This document shows positions 47,858-60,043 of a stretch of 64,000 nucleotides of DNA, one piece after another (within the stretch, counting starts at the first letter, position 1; each line of letters begins with the position of its first letter). The stretch is from Lingula anatina. Taxonomy: Eukaryota > Animalia > Brachiopoda. Both the position numbers and the translations under genes were made by a program. The stretch spans positions 14,756,001 to 14,820,000 of the forward strand of contig CM120649.1 of the NCBI GenBank assembly GCA_051362555.1. Reading direction: 5' to 3'. The notes below the pieces were generated by a model. The model made no database searches. It saw only the letters and a list, made by a program, of their open reading frames with translations, and was not told the origin of the DNA.

Positions 47858-50124
47858 AAGATTCATGAAAACTCGTGAACTTTTCACTTATTATACCATC
47901 AGTGTAGTGCTTTATGAAAACATATCTGACATAATTATGTAACATTATGTATCAACATATCCAATCTCTTAAATTTAACTAGACTAGTTTACTTAAGTTT
48001 GATATAAATTAATATTCCTTTAAAATTTAAGATTATGTGCCAGAGAAATCTCCTTGATACTGTTACAACAATAATTCAGGTTTATAATAATATTTTAATT
48101 TTTTCACACAAATGTAAAAAAAAAAAATCTTCCCTTGGTACTTACTCAAAACTACAGTCATGTAAAAACATTGGAACAACATTAAGAAACACTGCAAGCC
48201 AGTAGCCACAAACCAGGGGATGTAGAACGTTTTCTTTCTCTGAAAAAATTTTGAAATCAAGATCCTCAACCATCTTAGAAGTATATCAATAATTAACTTC
48301 AATTATTACTCATGAAAGATTTAGCCTATTTACTATGTATAATAACCAAGGGGGGTGATCTCACAAGATGGAAGAATGGTGAGTAAAGATTCATAATTCC
48401 AGCATTTTATCTCTCAAAAAAGTACACTTAAAATAATATGAGTAAGAAGTTAGCACTGGAGCTGAGCTTACTATAGTAACTGCCCTGATTGGTGATGGAG
48501 CCTTTTGATGCATACTAAAACAGGCATAGGTAAGCTCAGCAACTGTGCTCAATTTGATGTAAAGGTAAGATTCTCTGCCATTGTTCAAGTTGGATCAACT
48601 TAAAAGGTGAAAAAACTCGACCTGTATTTTATGAATATTCATCAGTTCCGTAGGTTTGAAGACATTAGGTAAAATGTTTTTCCACTTATTGTTTTACCCC
48701 TGAAAGTGCATGGCAACAACAATGACAGCGACCGAAGACAGCTACTGTGACAACAGGTGCAGGTGACGGCTATGTGTACACAAAAATCTGTGTCTGTACA
48801 TAAAAAAAGAGAGAAAAAAAATCTGAAGGTCAATCTCTAAGCTCACCTGTACTGCACCAACTATTGTAAGAACTGAGGACACAATCCAGAACAACCAGAG
48901 TATGGATCCTATGATCAACACCACATACTCCATGGTCTGTAGACTCTTATCTCCTATCATTAGAGCTGGTAAGCAAAGGTTATTAACATATTATTAAACA
49001 TTGTCTATATCTTATGTGTTAACAACATTGTTGCACATTCCGATACCATTTTTGAACAAATGTTTTTGAAAAATTGTAATCAACACATCAGAGCAAATAA
49101 TTATATCATGTTTATAATATTATTTAATATTAATAATAAATAAATGTATATTTTAATAATGTGAATTAAGTTAGATGAAATTGCAGAAATCAATCATAAT
49201 TTTTACAAACAGATATCTACATTTTCATTATTTTTACTATAAAAACTCAAGAACTTTGATAATGAACATCAATAAGTATAAAAAATGACATTTAATTCTT
49301 ATAACTCATACATATGTACCTAATTTGGGTTGAGGCATTCTCTCTCTTGTCCCTATGTGTGTGAGTCAATGTACACACGTGCATCTGAGAGGGAGGGATT
49401 GAGAGAGGGGGAATGTGTGTGTGGGGGGGGGGGGGGGGGGGGGGGGCAGATGATACTTACCCAACACTGTCCTATAAATTGTAACCAAGCATTCTAACAC
49501 AGCAAGGACCTGAAACAAAATGTTTATAATATCACTTATTAATTAAATGTCAATACAAGGTGAACAATTACTGTATTACCTCCTAACTAGGATCCAAGGT
49601 AGATCTTGGTCCTACAAGTAGCACAAGTTTTTTTTGTTTTTTTTTTTTTTTGGGGGGGGGGGGGGTCATGCCCCTTTTTCTACTTGCATCGCCTTAATTT
49701 ATTAGTATTCACGAATGAAACCAATCACACATACACTGTACAGTATGAAAATGCATGCCTATATATACCCACTACATGTGTAAATAGGAAATTATACAGG
49801 GCCGCCAAAATGTCTGCATGTTGTTAAAATTCTAATTTCTGCACAATTCCTTATCTTTTTTGGATTGTGTGATTGCAGCTTGGTTTCGTTCTGCGAACAT
49901 TGGACCAGGAAGTTGCAGAAAACGACTCAAAATTTCTGTTGTTAATATTAAACATGTTAGCAGATTATGTGAAGTCTTCCTTGAATAAATCTGGGCGAGA
50001 AATCACAAATACAAATGTATATGTATATCTGTCCACAACTGGACTACGTACATACCAGAGTCCATATCCCGCTGGCTATGCTGCCTTGTTTGAGATTCCA
50101 ACAGAAACAGCAAGTTTTCATCAT
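38544..50124 (-). CDS. Gene 2 (7 exons, 217 aa): four-TM LAPTM/DUF4728-like membrane protein with Pro/Gly/Tyr-rich tail and PPxY motif
   Basis: Exons 50124-50056, 49509-49461, 48965-48847, 48239-48146, 47549-47485, 47076-47020, 38744-38544. All GT-AG and in phase; ccaccATG start. N-terminal CCFC..L..G, 4 hydrophobic helices, K..YIPW at TM3, tail ...APPAYQEKPHPDNYH*. Confidence 0.85.
39152..41033. mobile_element. Foldback-type non-autonomous DNA transposon nested in the Sola3-like element
   Basis: 8-bp TSD GGTTTATC (39144-39151, 41034-41041); GGGG termini; inverted subterminal arrays of a 16-bp unit T(A/G)GTCCGAAGGTTC(AT/GA/AA). Confidence 0.88.
43987..45490 (+). pseudogene. Sola3-like transposase pseudogene (frameshifts, stops, internal deletion, one apparent intron about 44300-44730)
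   Basis: Fragments CNRDINSHL..ESKLILVR, CGNDGCCRK, YVNESHNITNAEEMHEALVS, GVSNYNN, FSCPE, G*ALKSSK..YSNKVKEFL..F...QETG..VSMKMR match Sola3-type motifs as recalled. Confidence 0.65.
47020..47076 (-). CDS. Gene 2 exon 6
   Basis: ttctag/gtaagt; IYAMVCVGMDLKCMNREQR. Confidence 0.85.
47485..47549 (-). CDS. Gene 2 exon 5
   Basis: tttcag/gtaagt; TSAGIAWTIAVIAVQLIVLGIC. Confidence 0.85.
48146..48239 (-). CDS. Gene 2 exon 4
   Basis: tttcag/gtaagt; RKKTFYIPWFVATGLQCFLMLFQCFYMTVVL. Confidence 0.87.
48612..48805 (-). mobile_element. Diverged 5' fragment of HINE family 2
   Basis: Similar to 31190-31393 (gacctg..ttttatgaatattcatcag ... tgtgtctgtacataaaa). Confidence 0.65.
48847..48965 (-). CDS. Gene 2 exon 3
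   Basis: taccag/gtgagc; ALMIGDKSLQTMEYVVLIIGSILWLFWIVSSVLTIVGAVQ. Confidence 0.87.
49461..49509 (-). CDS. Gene 2 exon 2
   Basis: tttcag/gtaagt; VLAVLECLVTIYRTVL. Confidence 0.82.
50056..50124 (-). CDS. Gene 2 exon 1
   Basis: ccaccATG; MMKTCCFCWNLKQGSIASGIWTL; gtatgt donor. Confidence 0.85.
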
Positions 50125-50227
50125 GGTGGAATCGGTCAGCTGCTTCTGGTGTTTTTACTGCATTTGTTTACTAGCATCCTGCAGACACGAAACGGGGTCA
50201 CCAAAAGTAGGTCACTGGTGCTTTTGC

Positions 50228-50235
50228 TGACGTCA
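50228..50235. promoter_or_regulatory. CRE palindrome TGACGTCA about 105 bp upstream of the gene 2 ATG
   Basis: Exact motif and position only; function untested. Confidence 0.3.
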
Positions 50236-52110
50236 TCAAGTGGGGGGGGTTTCTCCTGTGGTTTTGTTGGATTATTATTACTGGATGTTATTGTGAAGAT
50301 TTTCTACATGGAGTCAGGATAATGTTCTTTTTGTTTAGAGAGAGAGAGAGAGAGAGAGAACAAAGACTACTAATGTACATAATTACAACTTGTTAATTTT
50401 CTATCACATTTTATTGTTGATATCTCAATCATGCAGTCACTACATATACCTCAGATTTCGAATGCTGACCACAAATTTGTCATTTATTTATTGAATCTCT
50501 GTCCATCTTAACATGGTCAAACTAGTCACTCACCGGTAATTATTATCAACTAAATAATGTTTATACTAGAATTTAAATAATAAATAAATAATAAAGTACA
50601 AATAAATCAACATGAACTGAATCTACACATGCCTGTATATCATAGATTATATTTAAAGTAGTAATGATGGCCAATTAAACATTTTATCTTTAATGACTGT
50701 GCAACCACATAATTTAATCTTCCTCACACCATTTACAGACATCTACCTTTTTTTAAAATTTGAACTGTACTTTGCCAGATCTTCAATAAATTTTCCGTGG
50801 TAGTGCTTGGCTATGCAATACTTCTGTGAAATGTGTGTGAGTGTGTGCGTGCGTGTGTGTAGTCTATGTATCCTCTATTTTAGTACAATTACAATGAAGT
50901 GTGAAGTGTCTAAAGGGAATCAATAATATTTAGAATAGAACAGGTATATAAGCATCTGAATTCATAATTTCTTAAATTAAAAGTAAAAAATTATGCACTA
51001 TAAATATACCCTCTTATCACTATATGGCGTCTATAGTCATATAACTTGGCACAACTCTAGTTTAGGTCTTACACTGTTTAAAAGAAAAAAACTTGTGAAA
51101 ACAGGCTGATGGATGAATTATAATTATAATCTTTGAGGAATTAAAAAGAAATGCACATTACACATGCATCAACTAGCAACTCTTGCAAGACTTTTATCAT
51201 CATCTATTTGAGATAAATATATCTATACAGGCAAGCTTAACTGGACTTTCCATTAATTCAAAGCTATAATAAAACTAATATAAACAAAAATGGCACTGAA
51301 GCACTGGTAGCAGCAACTTTTACATTTAGTTATAGTCTCAAAGTTAATGATTCTAGAACATTTATGGGTGGAAAAACTGAAAATACCATATTCTACTAAA
51401 CTTACGCAACTTCACGTCTCTACTCAATTCACCAGCATGGGGTTAACTCAGGTTGCACTTCAAACTTTATATATAACTGAACAGTCATATCAAACAAACT
51501 GTTCACTATAGAGACCCAACAGGATGTTATTAAAAGATCTGACAAAAAGAAAATGACGATATTTACTGAATAAGTAATTCTTAAATTTTCTCCCCCAAAC
51601 TTCAATTAATGTGAAATATGTTTTATACAAAATTCATGCATGCATGTAACAAGGTGAAACATTTTGGGAAATGTTCTTCCTGGGCCTATCTCGACTTTAA
51701 ACAGAGTTCCATCTACATTTAAGGACTTTGAAAATGCAACTGCTTTTCAACTCCTTTAAACATGCAACTGCTAAATTTCTAATTTATGCAAAACTTAAAT
51801 CACATAAATATATATATGTTAAAAATTTTCATAATATTAAGCATATTTACAGGCTTCTAGTAAAACTATGACACTACAGAACAAGCTTACTTGGCATAAA
51901 AATTAGCAGTTTTTTATATAAAGCATAAACAGATCATATAATGGCCTTGTTCCCATTCTGATATACTCCTAAAGGAGTGGACTTGAATAAAACTTTTTTG
52001 AAGTGTTGGATTTTTTTAAAGAAAAGAATGCCATCATAAAATATTTCTTGCATGGTGCCAGATAACTGGTGCACTCAAAAATTGTCTGCTTCCACTGTAT
52101 CTTCAAGGTA

Positions 52111-52154
<44 letters not shown>

Positions 52155-52532
52155 ACAAAGTAAAGAAGAGAAACATTTTTCAGTGTATCTCTCAGTTATC
52201 CTTCCTTTTAAACCTCTTTCCATCCTGCATACCATCAAGCTTGGCTGCATTCAGTTACAATCTGCCATGGCGGAGTTAAAACTTCTGAATAAATAAAAAA
52301 TTTATATTTTACTATGCATCTGACAAAACTTAATATTTTTAATATTAATCTTGCCATACTGTTATCACTCAGCCTGTTGTATCTAAAAACAATGACATCC
52401 AAGTGACCAGTTCTGTCTTCTAGAAAATTCAACTAAAGAAATAAAATCCCCACTATTATCCAAAATCAAGGGAAAAATTTAAAATAAATAAATAAATAAA
52501 TAAATGAATAAATAAATAAATGAAAACAGTTC

Positions 52533-52781
52533 TTAATAAGAAATAATTCCATCCTCCTCATCTGCAGAATATCTCTCATCATCCTCCATAAATGCCTTAG
52601 CATTGAGGAGGGCTCGTCTCTTGGATGGTGGGGGGCTGCTGTCTCGCGGGGGTGAAACATCAGACTCAGGAGTGTCATCTTCATAAAATCCCATGGCATG
52701 AGATGGGCTCCCTGTGGTGGGACTGGCGGGGGGTGAGATGGCCCGGCTCATCATTGCCTTACTTTCATTCCACCAGTGGCT
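52533..52781 (-). CDS. PCYT1: PCYT1 terminal exon (phosphorylation domain)
   Basis: [21 protein letters not shown]...GIISY*. Confidence 0.93.
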   Translation of the reverse strand, partial: SHWWNESKAMMSRAISPPASPTTGSPSHAMGFYEDDTPESDVSPPRDSSPPPSKRRALLNAKAFMEDDERYSADEEDGIISY

Positions 52782-55700
52782 CTGAAATTGGAAAATAATG
52801 TTTTAAAGTACATTTGAAAATACATAATCAATTGAGATCTAAATTTATGGCTTTAGTTTAATTGTGATCTGTTACCATGTATTTTCAATACAAATAAAGG
52901 GTGAGAGAGTTTTAAAATATTGTAATCATATTGACTGACAACTGATATTTTGACACATGGATTTTATTGGTTTTCCAGTTCAATTTCTATTGGTTTTCCA
53001 GTTCAATTTCATCTTTATATATTATATATTATTCTTCTCACTATGTACCCATTAAAATCCTGGACCCAAAAAAGAAAATTCCAAGCCAGTTGAGTTAAAG
53101 AAATCTCAATGACAAAGATATTTTGGATTCTATTCCATTTTCAGAACTCTTTACTGTCCACTATGTTTCAATACTCACAATCCTGCCGTCTGCTCCAAAC
53201 ATGTCCATGAAGTTGCCGATAAACTCTCTGGACTTGTCCTCCCACCGGTTGAACATCTCCGTTCTTTTGTCCTCCATCTTGCCGATGAACTCCTTACTTC
53301 TTTCCTTTATATTGTCTATTTTCTGCCTCACACGAATTGATTTCTCCTGTAAGATGAGATTATATATGAACATCAACAACCACGTAATAAATGCAGTAAC
53401 GCAAGCTAATATACATAAGTCAGATACATTACTAAACAGGCGCTCAAACTATGAAGGCCAATTACAATTTTGTCATCCACCACCTTCAAGTACTAGCTTG
53501 TCAAAAAAAAAATCTTATTGTTATTGATTTGGTATTATATTGCGAGTTAAATTTCATCACTGTTACCTTCATAAATCCCACATTCAGTTTTTTTTTTTTT
53601 TTTTTTGACAAAGTAACAAACATATAACAAACTTTTCCTCTTTAATGCCTGCCCCCCCTTTCCCTCCCTCTCCAGCTCCCTGGACCACCAACTTACCTTC
53701 ATAAAGCCCACATTCAATTCTTTGGCAGAGTAACCTCGGGCCAGATTTCTCCTGACATATATATCATAATCTTTGATTATCCTAGCTATCACATCTGTGG
53801 TAGAAATACCCTCTGTTCTGTTAGTGGCTACAAACCTGAAACATACACCAAATACAAGTATTACTAATAATTATCACTAGAGGATCAGAGAGGCGATACC
53901 GCCTCCGAATATTGTACCACCAGCTGGAGCAAGTGCATTCGTATAGACCCCCACATACACAAAATAAGGGACACAGCCACCAGTCTTGTGCTTGACAAGA
54001 TGTAAACATGCAATCAACAAGAATTTTCAATATATGCAAAAAATATATGAAACTAAAAATGGTACAATCAAATTTAAGTTAATCGTAAGGTAGGTGAAAG
54101 GTCATTTTCAAGGTCACAGTAAATTGCCAGTATAAGACTTCCTATTCAAGTTCAATAGTAACTATGGACCTATCTCTGCCAGGTTTGGAGTTAAAAGAGA
54201 AAGAAATTAGCAGAGTTCAGTTCATGATTATAAGTAGATCAAAAGTCAATTTCAAGGTCACACTTAGATTGTCAGTATATGACTTCCTATTCAATTTCAA
54301 TAGTAACTATGGACCTATCTCTGCCAGTTTTGGAGATAAAAGGGAAGCAAAATTTGCAAAGTTCAGTTCATGGTGAAAAATAGGTCAAAGGTCAATTTCA
54401 AGGTCACAGTAAGATTGCCAGTATATGACTTTCTATTCAAGTTCAATAGTATCTATGGACCTATCTCTGCCAGTTTTGCAGATAAAAGGGACTAAATGTT
54501 ATAATTTTGGAGTTACCATAATGTGCCATAAATTTCCTACAGAAAAAATTAATTAAAATAAAGAAAAGGTCATTTTGATCAAAATTTTTGGAATGGGAGG
54601 TGCTCTGAAGTTCCAGGTGTTCAAATTTCATGAAATATAATGTCATTTTTGACCACAAGTTGTCTGCTTTGCCAACCTTATGTATTATTTTTCCGGAGTT
54701 CAAAATTTATTATCCATTACCGTACTGCACATTTTGCTTTCACCACCAATATGTATTTTTTGATACAGCGTAACTTTAGAGATAAAAGGGAAGCAAAATT
54801 TGCAAAGTTCAGTTCATAGTGAAAAGTAGGTCAAAGGTCAATTTTAAGGTCACATTTAGATTGCCAGTATATTACTTCCTAATCAAGTTCAATAGTAACT
54901 ATGGACCTATCTCTGCCAGTTTTGTAGATAAAAGGGAAGCAAAATTTGCAAAGTTCAGTTCATAGTGAAAAGTAGGTCAAAGGTCAATTTTAAGGTCACA
55001 TTTAGATTGCCAGTATATTACTTCCTAATCAAGTTCAATAGTAACTATGGACCTATCTCTGCCAGTTTTGTAGATAAAAGGGAAGCAAAATTTGCAAAGT
55101 TCAGTTCATGGTGAAAAGTAGGTCAAAGGTCAATTTTAAGGTCACATTTAGATTGCCAGTATATGACTTCCTTTTCAAGTTCAATAGTAACTATGGACCT
55201 ATCTCTGCCAGTTTTGGAGATAAAAGGGAAGCAAAATTTGCAAAGTTCAGTTCATGGTGAAAAGTAGGTCAAAGGTCAATTTTACGGTCACATTTAGATT
55301 GCCAGTATATGACTTCCCATTCAACTTCAATAGTAACTATGGACCTATCTCTGCCAGTTTTGGAGATATAAGGGAAGCAAAATTTGCAAAGTTCAGTTCA
55401 TGGTGAAAAGTAGGTCAAAGGTCAATTTTAAGGTCTCATTTAGATTGCCAGTATGACTTCCTATTCAAGTTCAATAGAAACTATGGACCTATCTCTGCCA
55501 GTTTTGGAGATAAAAGGGAAGCAAAATTTGCAAAGTTCAGTTCATGGTGAAAAGTAGGTCAAAGGTCAATTTCAAGGTCACAGTAAGATTGCCACTATAT
55601 GACTTCCTATTCAACTTCAATAGTAACTATGGACCTATCTCTGCCAGTTTTGGAGATACAAGGGACTAAATGTTATAATTTTGGAGTTACCATAATGTGC

Positions 55701-56818
55701 CATAAATTTCCTACAGAAAAGATTAATTAAAATAAAGAAAACATCATTTTGGTCAAAATTCTTAAAACAGGAGGTGCTCTGAAGTTCCAGAAGTTCAAAT
55801 TTGATGAAATAATGTCATTTTTGACCACAAGTTGTCTGCTTTGCCAAGCCTTATGTATTATTTTTCCAGAGTTCAAAATTTATTATCCATTACCGTACTG
55901 CACATTTTGCTTTCACCACCAATATGTACTTTTTGATACAGCGTAACTTGAAAACCGTATGGAATACAAAAAAACGAAGACCACCTTCAGTGTTGGGCTT
56001 TACATGCTCTACAAAATGCAAAAAAGAATGGGTCTCTAGCATTAACGGTTCCCGAATTAGAGACAGTTTTCAGTTTCGGTACTTTATGGCCGCTACTCCC
56101 GTGAAAATGCACCGATTGACCCCAAATTCATGGAGATGAAAGATGACCAGAAGGGTAACACTTTCCAATAATATTATTGGTTAAGTCTGCGTGGTGTCTG
56201 AATAACAGGGCAAAAAAATTTTTTTTCGTAAAAAATTTCATTTTTTTGAAAATTTTGGCCCGTTTGACCTTGAAATAAAGGTCAAAGGTCAAATCCAAGG
56301 GCATATTTGAAATCTACACATATGACTTTTGGAAAGCTGTCTGTAGAAATTTTTCCCATAACTCCTTCCTTAGGGTAGATAATTAGCATTTAATTTTGCC
56401 ATTTTTAGACAAGGGTGCATTGCAATGAGTGCCACACCTAGACCCCAATACCGACAAAGCCCAAATTTTACGTGGAATGAGTTGAGATTATAGGTGACCT
56501 AAATCCAAGAGATGGGTACAGGGGCCCTTACCGTCTAGGAGGAGAAGCGGTAACGGTGACTTGGCGGCGGAGCCGCAGGAGCCGGCGGAGCTGCAGGAGC
56601 CGGCGGAGCCGCAGGAGCCGGCGGAGCCGCAGGAGCCGGCGGAACATACGGGTCGGGACTAAAACCATGGGTACCGCCAGCGCCTACGCTGGTGGTACAA
56701 TTATTACCACAACCAGAGAAGGCATGTTTTTATCTTTGCTGGTTTGTTAGTTAACATGAAACAACAACAACAACAACATAAAATATAAATTTAAATGTAA
56801 AATATATATTAATAATAA

Positions 56819-56868
<50 letters not shown>

Positions 56869-58828
56869 ACAATGGGCCTAGGCAGGATCAATAATGGCAG
56901 CCAACTAACTGGCAAATAACTACCAGTATAATAACACATGCATCAAGTTGAACATGAAATCACACTTCTTTTAGCCACGTGATAAAATCGGCCTCCTTGT
57001 TTGAATGCACTCTCCATTAACAGTAAACACCGTTTCCCTGACATGCCGGGTTATCTTCACATTAGTTTACCTCGTCAACAGCGTGTGAAAATACCTGTCC
57101 TATTAGTAATCTTTATATTTATTTATTTACATACAAGGTTTTCATAACTTCTGCATACCTTGTCCTGATTAGAACACATTTGGTAAGTGATACCTGTGCA
57201 AAGTCCAGCTTGATATTACTGGGAGGATTTACAGTCAAGATGTGCAGGCCTAAGTCAGAACTTACTTTCTCAGCAGTTTGTATGATTATGATTAAGAATG
57301 TTCTAAATTAAGCCACCAAACCTGGACTGGAAATGCAACTTACTGGGGTTGAAGTGCGTTAATAAATACTTAAGGGGGATGTCTGGTAAAATATTTTGTA
57401 ATTGAAATTGGTTTTGGTCTTTGGACCTAAATTTGTATTTTACTTCAATTAAGGATAAACCTATTGTAGCAAATAATGTTATGTAACTACTCATCTCAAA
57501 GATTTAATAATTATTAATTTAATTCAAATTAAATTAGACTAAAATTTTTCAATCTTGTAAGTTAGACAAATTTGTTTCACGTCAACTTGTGAAACCTCCC
57601 TGGATGATGCAAGAAATTCACATATTTTTCAACTGCTAAAAATAATTTGCCTTTTTTTTTTTGCTGCAAAAATGAAGAATTTGCATATTTTCATCTATCC
57701 ATGGTTATATGTTAGCAGATACTTACATTCCTTTTTCTTTAAGAGGTTTGTATACATCTGTTACACCTGGGCCTACATATGGGAGATCATCGTGAGCAAC
57801 AAAATCAATCTGGAAGAAGAAATTAGCTATGAACATACAATCAAAATCATTTTCTTTTCAAATTTTTTTTTTTAATCACACTGATTTCATCATGTAACAT
57901 GCTGAATTTTTAATGAATAAGTCAAACATTTTGCACTTTTGAAAATATGGAATGGTATGTTTTTCATTTTTCACAAATTTTTCATATTTTAAATCACGAA
58001 ACAGAACATGAAGTGTGTCACAGTGCAGTCAGACAAACAGCTTGATTTCACATCTAGCTGAACTTTTTTTATTACAAAATCAATAGAAATCATAAACACA
58101 ACATTTAAAATTTGATTATAAATTGTGATCTTGGTGGTTAGGATCATCACTAAATATACGGGCCCCAGGTTTTTGCCCAACTTCCATCATGGTATCATTA
58201 TCTCTGGTTCCCTTTATTTGAGGAGACTATTCGACTATGGCTGTCACCTTTTCTATCTTAGACCCTATTCCCATAGGCACCATCTGTCTATGTAGATCAA
58301 AGCGACTCTGCAGGGACTCTCGCTAAGTGCAATCAACTTAACTGAATGTCAGTCACACGCCTCCACTTGTTTCTAACATACCTGTCACCAGTTTTTCTGT
58401 ATTCTACTCAACAACAGGAGCCGACATATTAATCTCTTCATCTGATTGCAATCAGCAAGAGTCCCTGTGGAGTCGTCTATTAAAAACTACCTTGTGCTCC
58501 TTTAGAAAGTTTTCGTCCAAGGACCAGGGGGCGCTGGTCAGGCACTCGTCAACGTAACGGCAGTGCCGCACCATCTCGTAGCGTTCTTTTTGGTTCATTA
58601 CAGTACGCCCCTTTAACCTGTGGGTCAGCTCATCATCACAGACTGAAAAATAAATAAAAAAATAAATATTAGATTTAGCCCCTGAAAACTGTAGGTCAAC
58701 TCATCATCATCATCAGACAGAAATAAAATAAAGTAAAATAAAATATATAATAAAATGAAATTTATTAAAACATATTAGATTTAGCTCTTAAAACTGTTGG
58801 TCAGCCTGTCATTACAGGCTAAAATTAC

Positions 58829-58893
<65 letters not shown>

Positions 58894-59460
58894 TTTTTAT
58901 TAAAATACTTGACAGCTAAATCACAATTTTTCACCTACCTCCAACAATGAGGTAAACATTTGGAAACACAGTCTTGGCCTGCATGAGTTGTCTCGCGTGA
59001 CCGGAATGGAACATGTCGTAGATACCGTCAGCGTACACACGTACTGGTCGTGGAGCTAAAAGAGAAGGAAACAGAACGGTTGAAAGATTAGCGGGGTGTA
59101 TCTGCCTCCAAAATAGTACCACCAACTATACATAAAAATCTATATGAGATCAGATATTTACAGTTCTACTTAAAATACATCAAAAGTAAGAAAATTGGAG
59201 AGGTGCAGCTACCTCCTACACATGTACAACCAACCTAACAAAAGAATTCACAACATAAGATATTCACTGAGGCAATGCCTGTCCTTGCTTACTGTTTTCG
59301 AAAGTTAAAAAAATTTACCAAGACAGCCAATTCTATATTCCTAACATAACTCACCTGTTCCAGACTTTGCCATTTCTAGAGTAATTTTCACAGAGTAGTC
59401 CACAGATTCTTGTTCTTTAATGGCCATCTCTTCATGACTAAAAGGTGCTGGACCCACTGG
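52533..59460 (-). CDS. PCYT1: Choline-phosphate cytidylyltransferase (CCT), 5'-partial, 7 exons
   Basis: Exons 59460-59355, 59055-58939, 58642-58491, 57809-57727, 53835-53697, 53346-53179, 52781-52533. Motifs [18 protein letters not shown] (HxGH), [38 protein letters not shown]; amphipathic M domain; SP-rich tail. Confidence 0.97.
53179..53346 (-). CDS. PCYT1: PCYT1 exon (membrane-binding M domain)
   Basis: [21 protein letters not shown]...[22 protein letters not shown]. Confidence 0.95.
53697..53835 (-). CDS. PCYT1: PCYT1 exon
   Basis: [47 protein letters not shown]. Confidence 0.96.
53876..56703 (-). mobile_element. Second copy of the same HINE element (inverted), in a PCYT1 intron
   Basis: Reverse-complement match to 5838-10098 including both termini; main array only about 6 units. 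Confidence 0.88.
57727..57809 (-). CDS. PCYT1: PCYT1 exon
   Basis: [27 protein letters not shown]. Confidence 0.95.
58491..58642 (-). CDS. PCYT1: PCYT1 exon
   Basis: [51 protein letters not shown]. Confidence 0.96.
58829..58890. repeat. (AC)n microsatellite
   Basis: Direct reading. Confidence 0.97.
58939..59055 (-). CDS. PCYT1: PCYT1 exon (HxGH motif)
   Basis: [39 protein letters not shown]. Confidence 0.96.
59355..59460 (-). CDS. PCYT1: PCYT1 exon
   Basis: [11 protein letters not shown]...[10 protein letters not shown]; tttcag/gtgagt. Confidence 0.9.
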
Positions 59461-59828
59461 CTGAAATAATGAAATACAAATACTACTGTAACAATCTGAC
59501 TTAAAGAAGTCATGTTATTAGGTACTAAAAGTTTATCTTTTCAAGATTTTAATTATACAGATTATGGCCATTCCACCATATTTTCCCATCTTTTCTCTCC
59601 TTAAAACTTAAAGCCTAACTTTTCACACCCTCCCCACCAATGATGACTCCTCACACTGAGGGCCCATTCCCAATGCCTCCTCCTGGCATTAAGTAGAATA
59701 TAGAAAAGCTGGTGATTAAACAAATACTTTGGAAACAAAAAGGGGTGTTAATCTGATTGCATTCTGCAAGTTCCTGCAGAGTTGGATCGATCTACATAAA
59801 ATGAAAGTTTCACTAGGAATGAGCCTTA

Positions 59829-60043
59829 GGCTGTATTCCCAGAGCTTTTAGATCGATCTATCCCCACGGGGAGTCTCACTAGATTACTGTCAGATAATCC
59901 GGCTTAAATGTCTGTCCCGCCTACTACAAGCTGTAAGGGGGTAATTAACTTTCGTGTCCGCTCGGCTGACAGCTATTTAGCGTGAACCCCCAGGGAGTTA
60001 GGTCGATCTAAAGTAGATCGATCTAATCTCTGGAAATGGGGTC
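59829..60043. mobile_element. 215-bp MITE (PIF/Harbinger-like), TTA TSD
   Basis: TTA at 59826-59828 and 60044-60046; an older relative sits immediately upstream (about 59660-59825). Confidence 0.87.

Larger units (their letters stand above)
34298..47950 (+). repeat. Tandem segmental duplication, unit 2 (carries 7.9-kb transposon)
   Basis: Begins tatgttggtacacgg (=25320); ends ...ataattatgtaacattatgt like unit 1. Confidence 0.95.

Noticed and set aside
49873-50322. 149-aa plus-strand ORF
   Set aside because: Non-ATG start, no recognisable domain, and antisense to gene 2 exon 1
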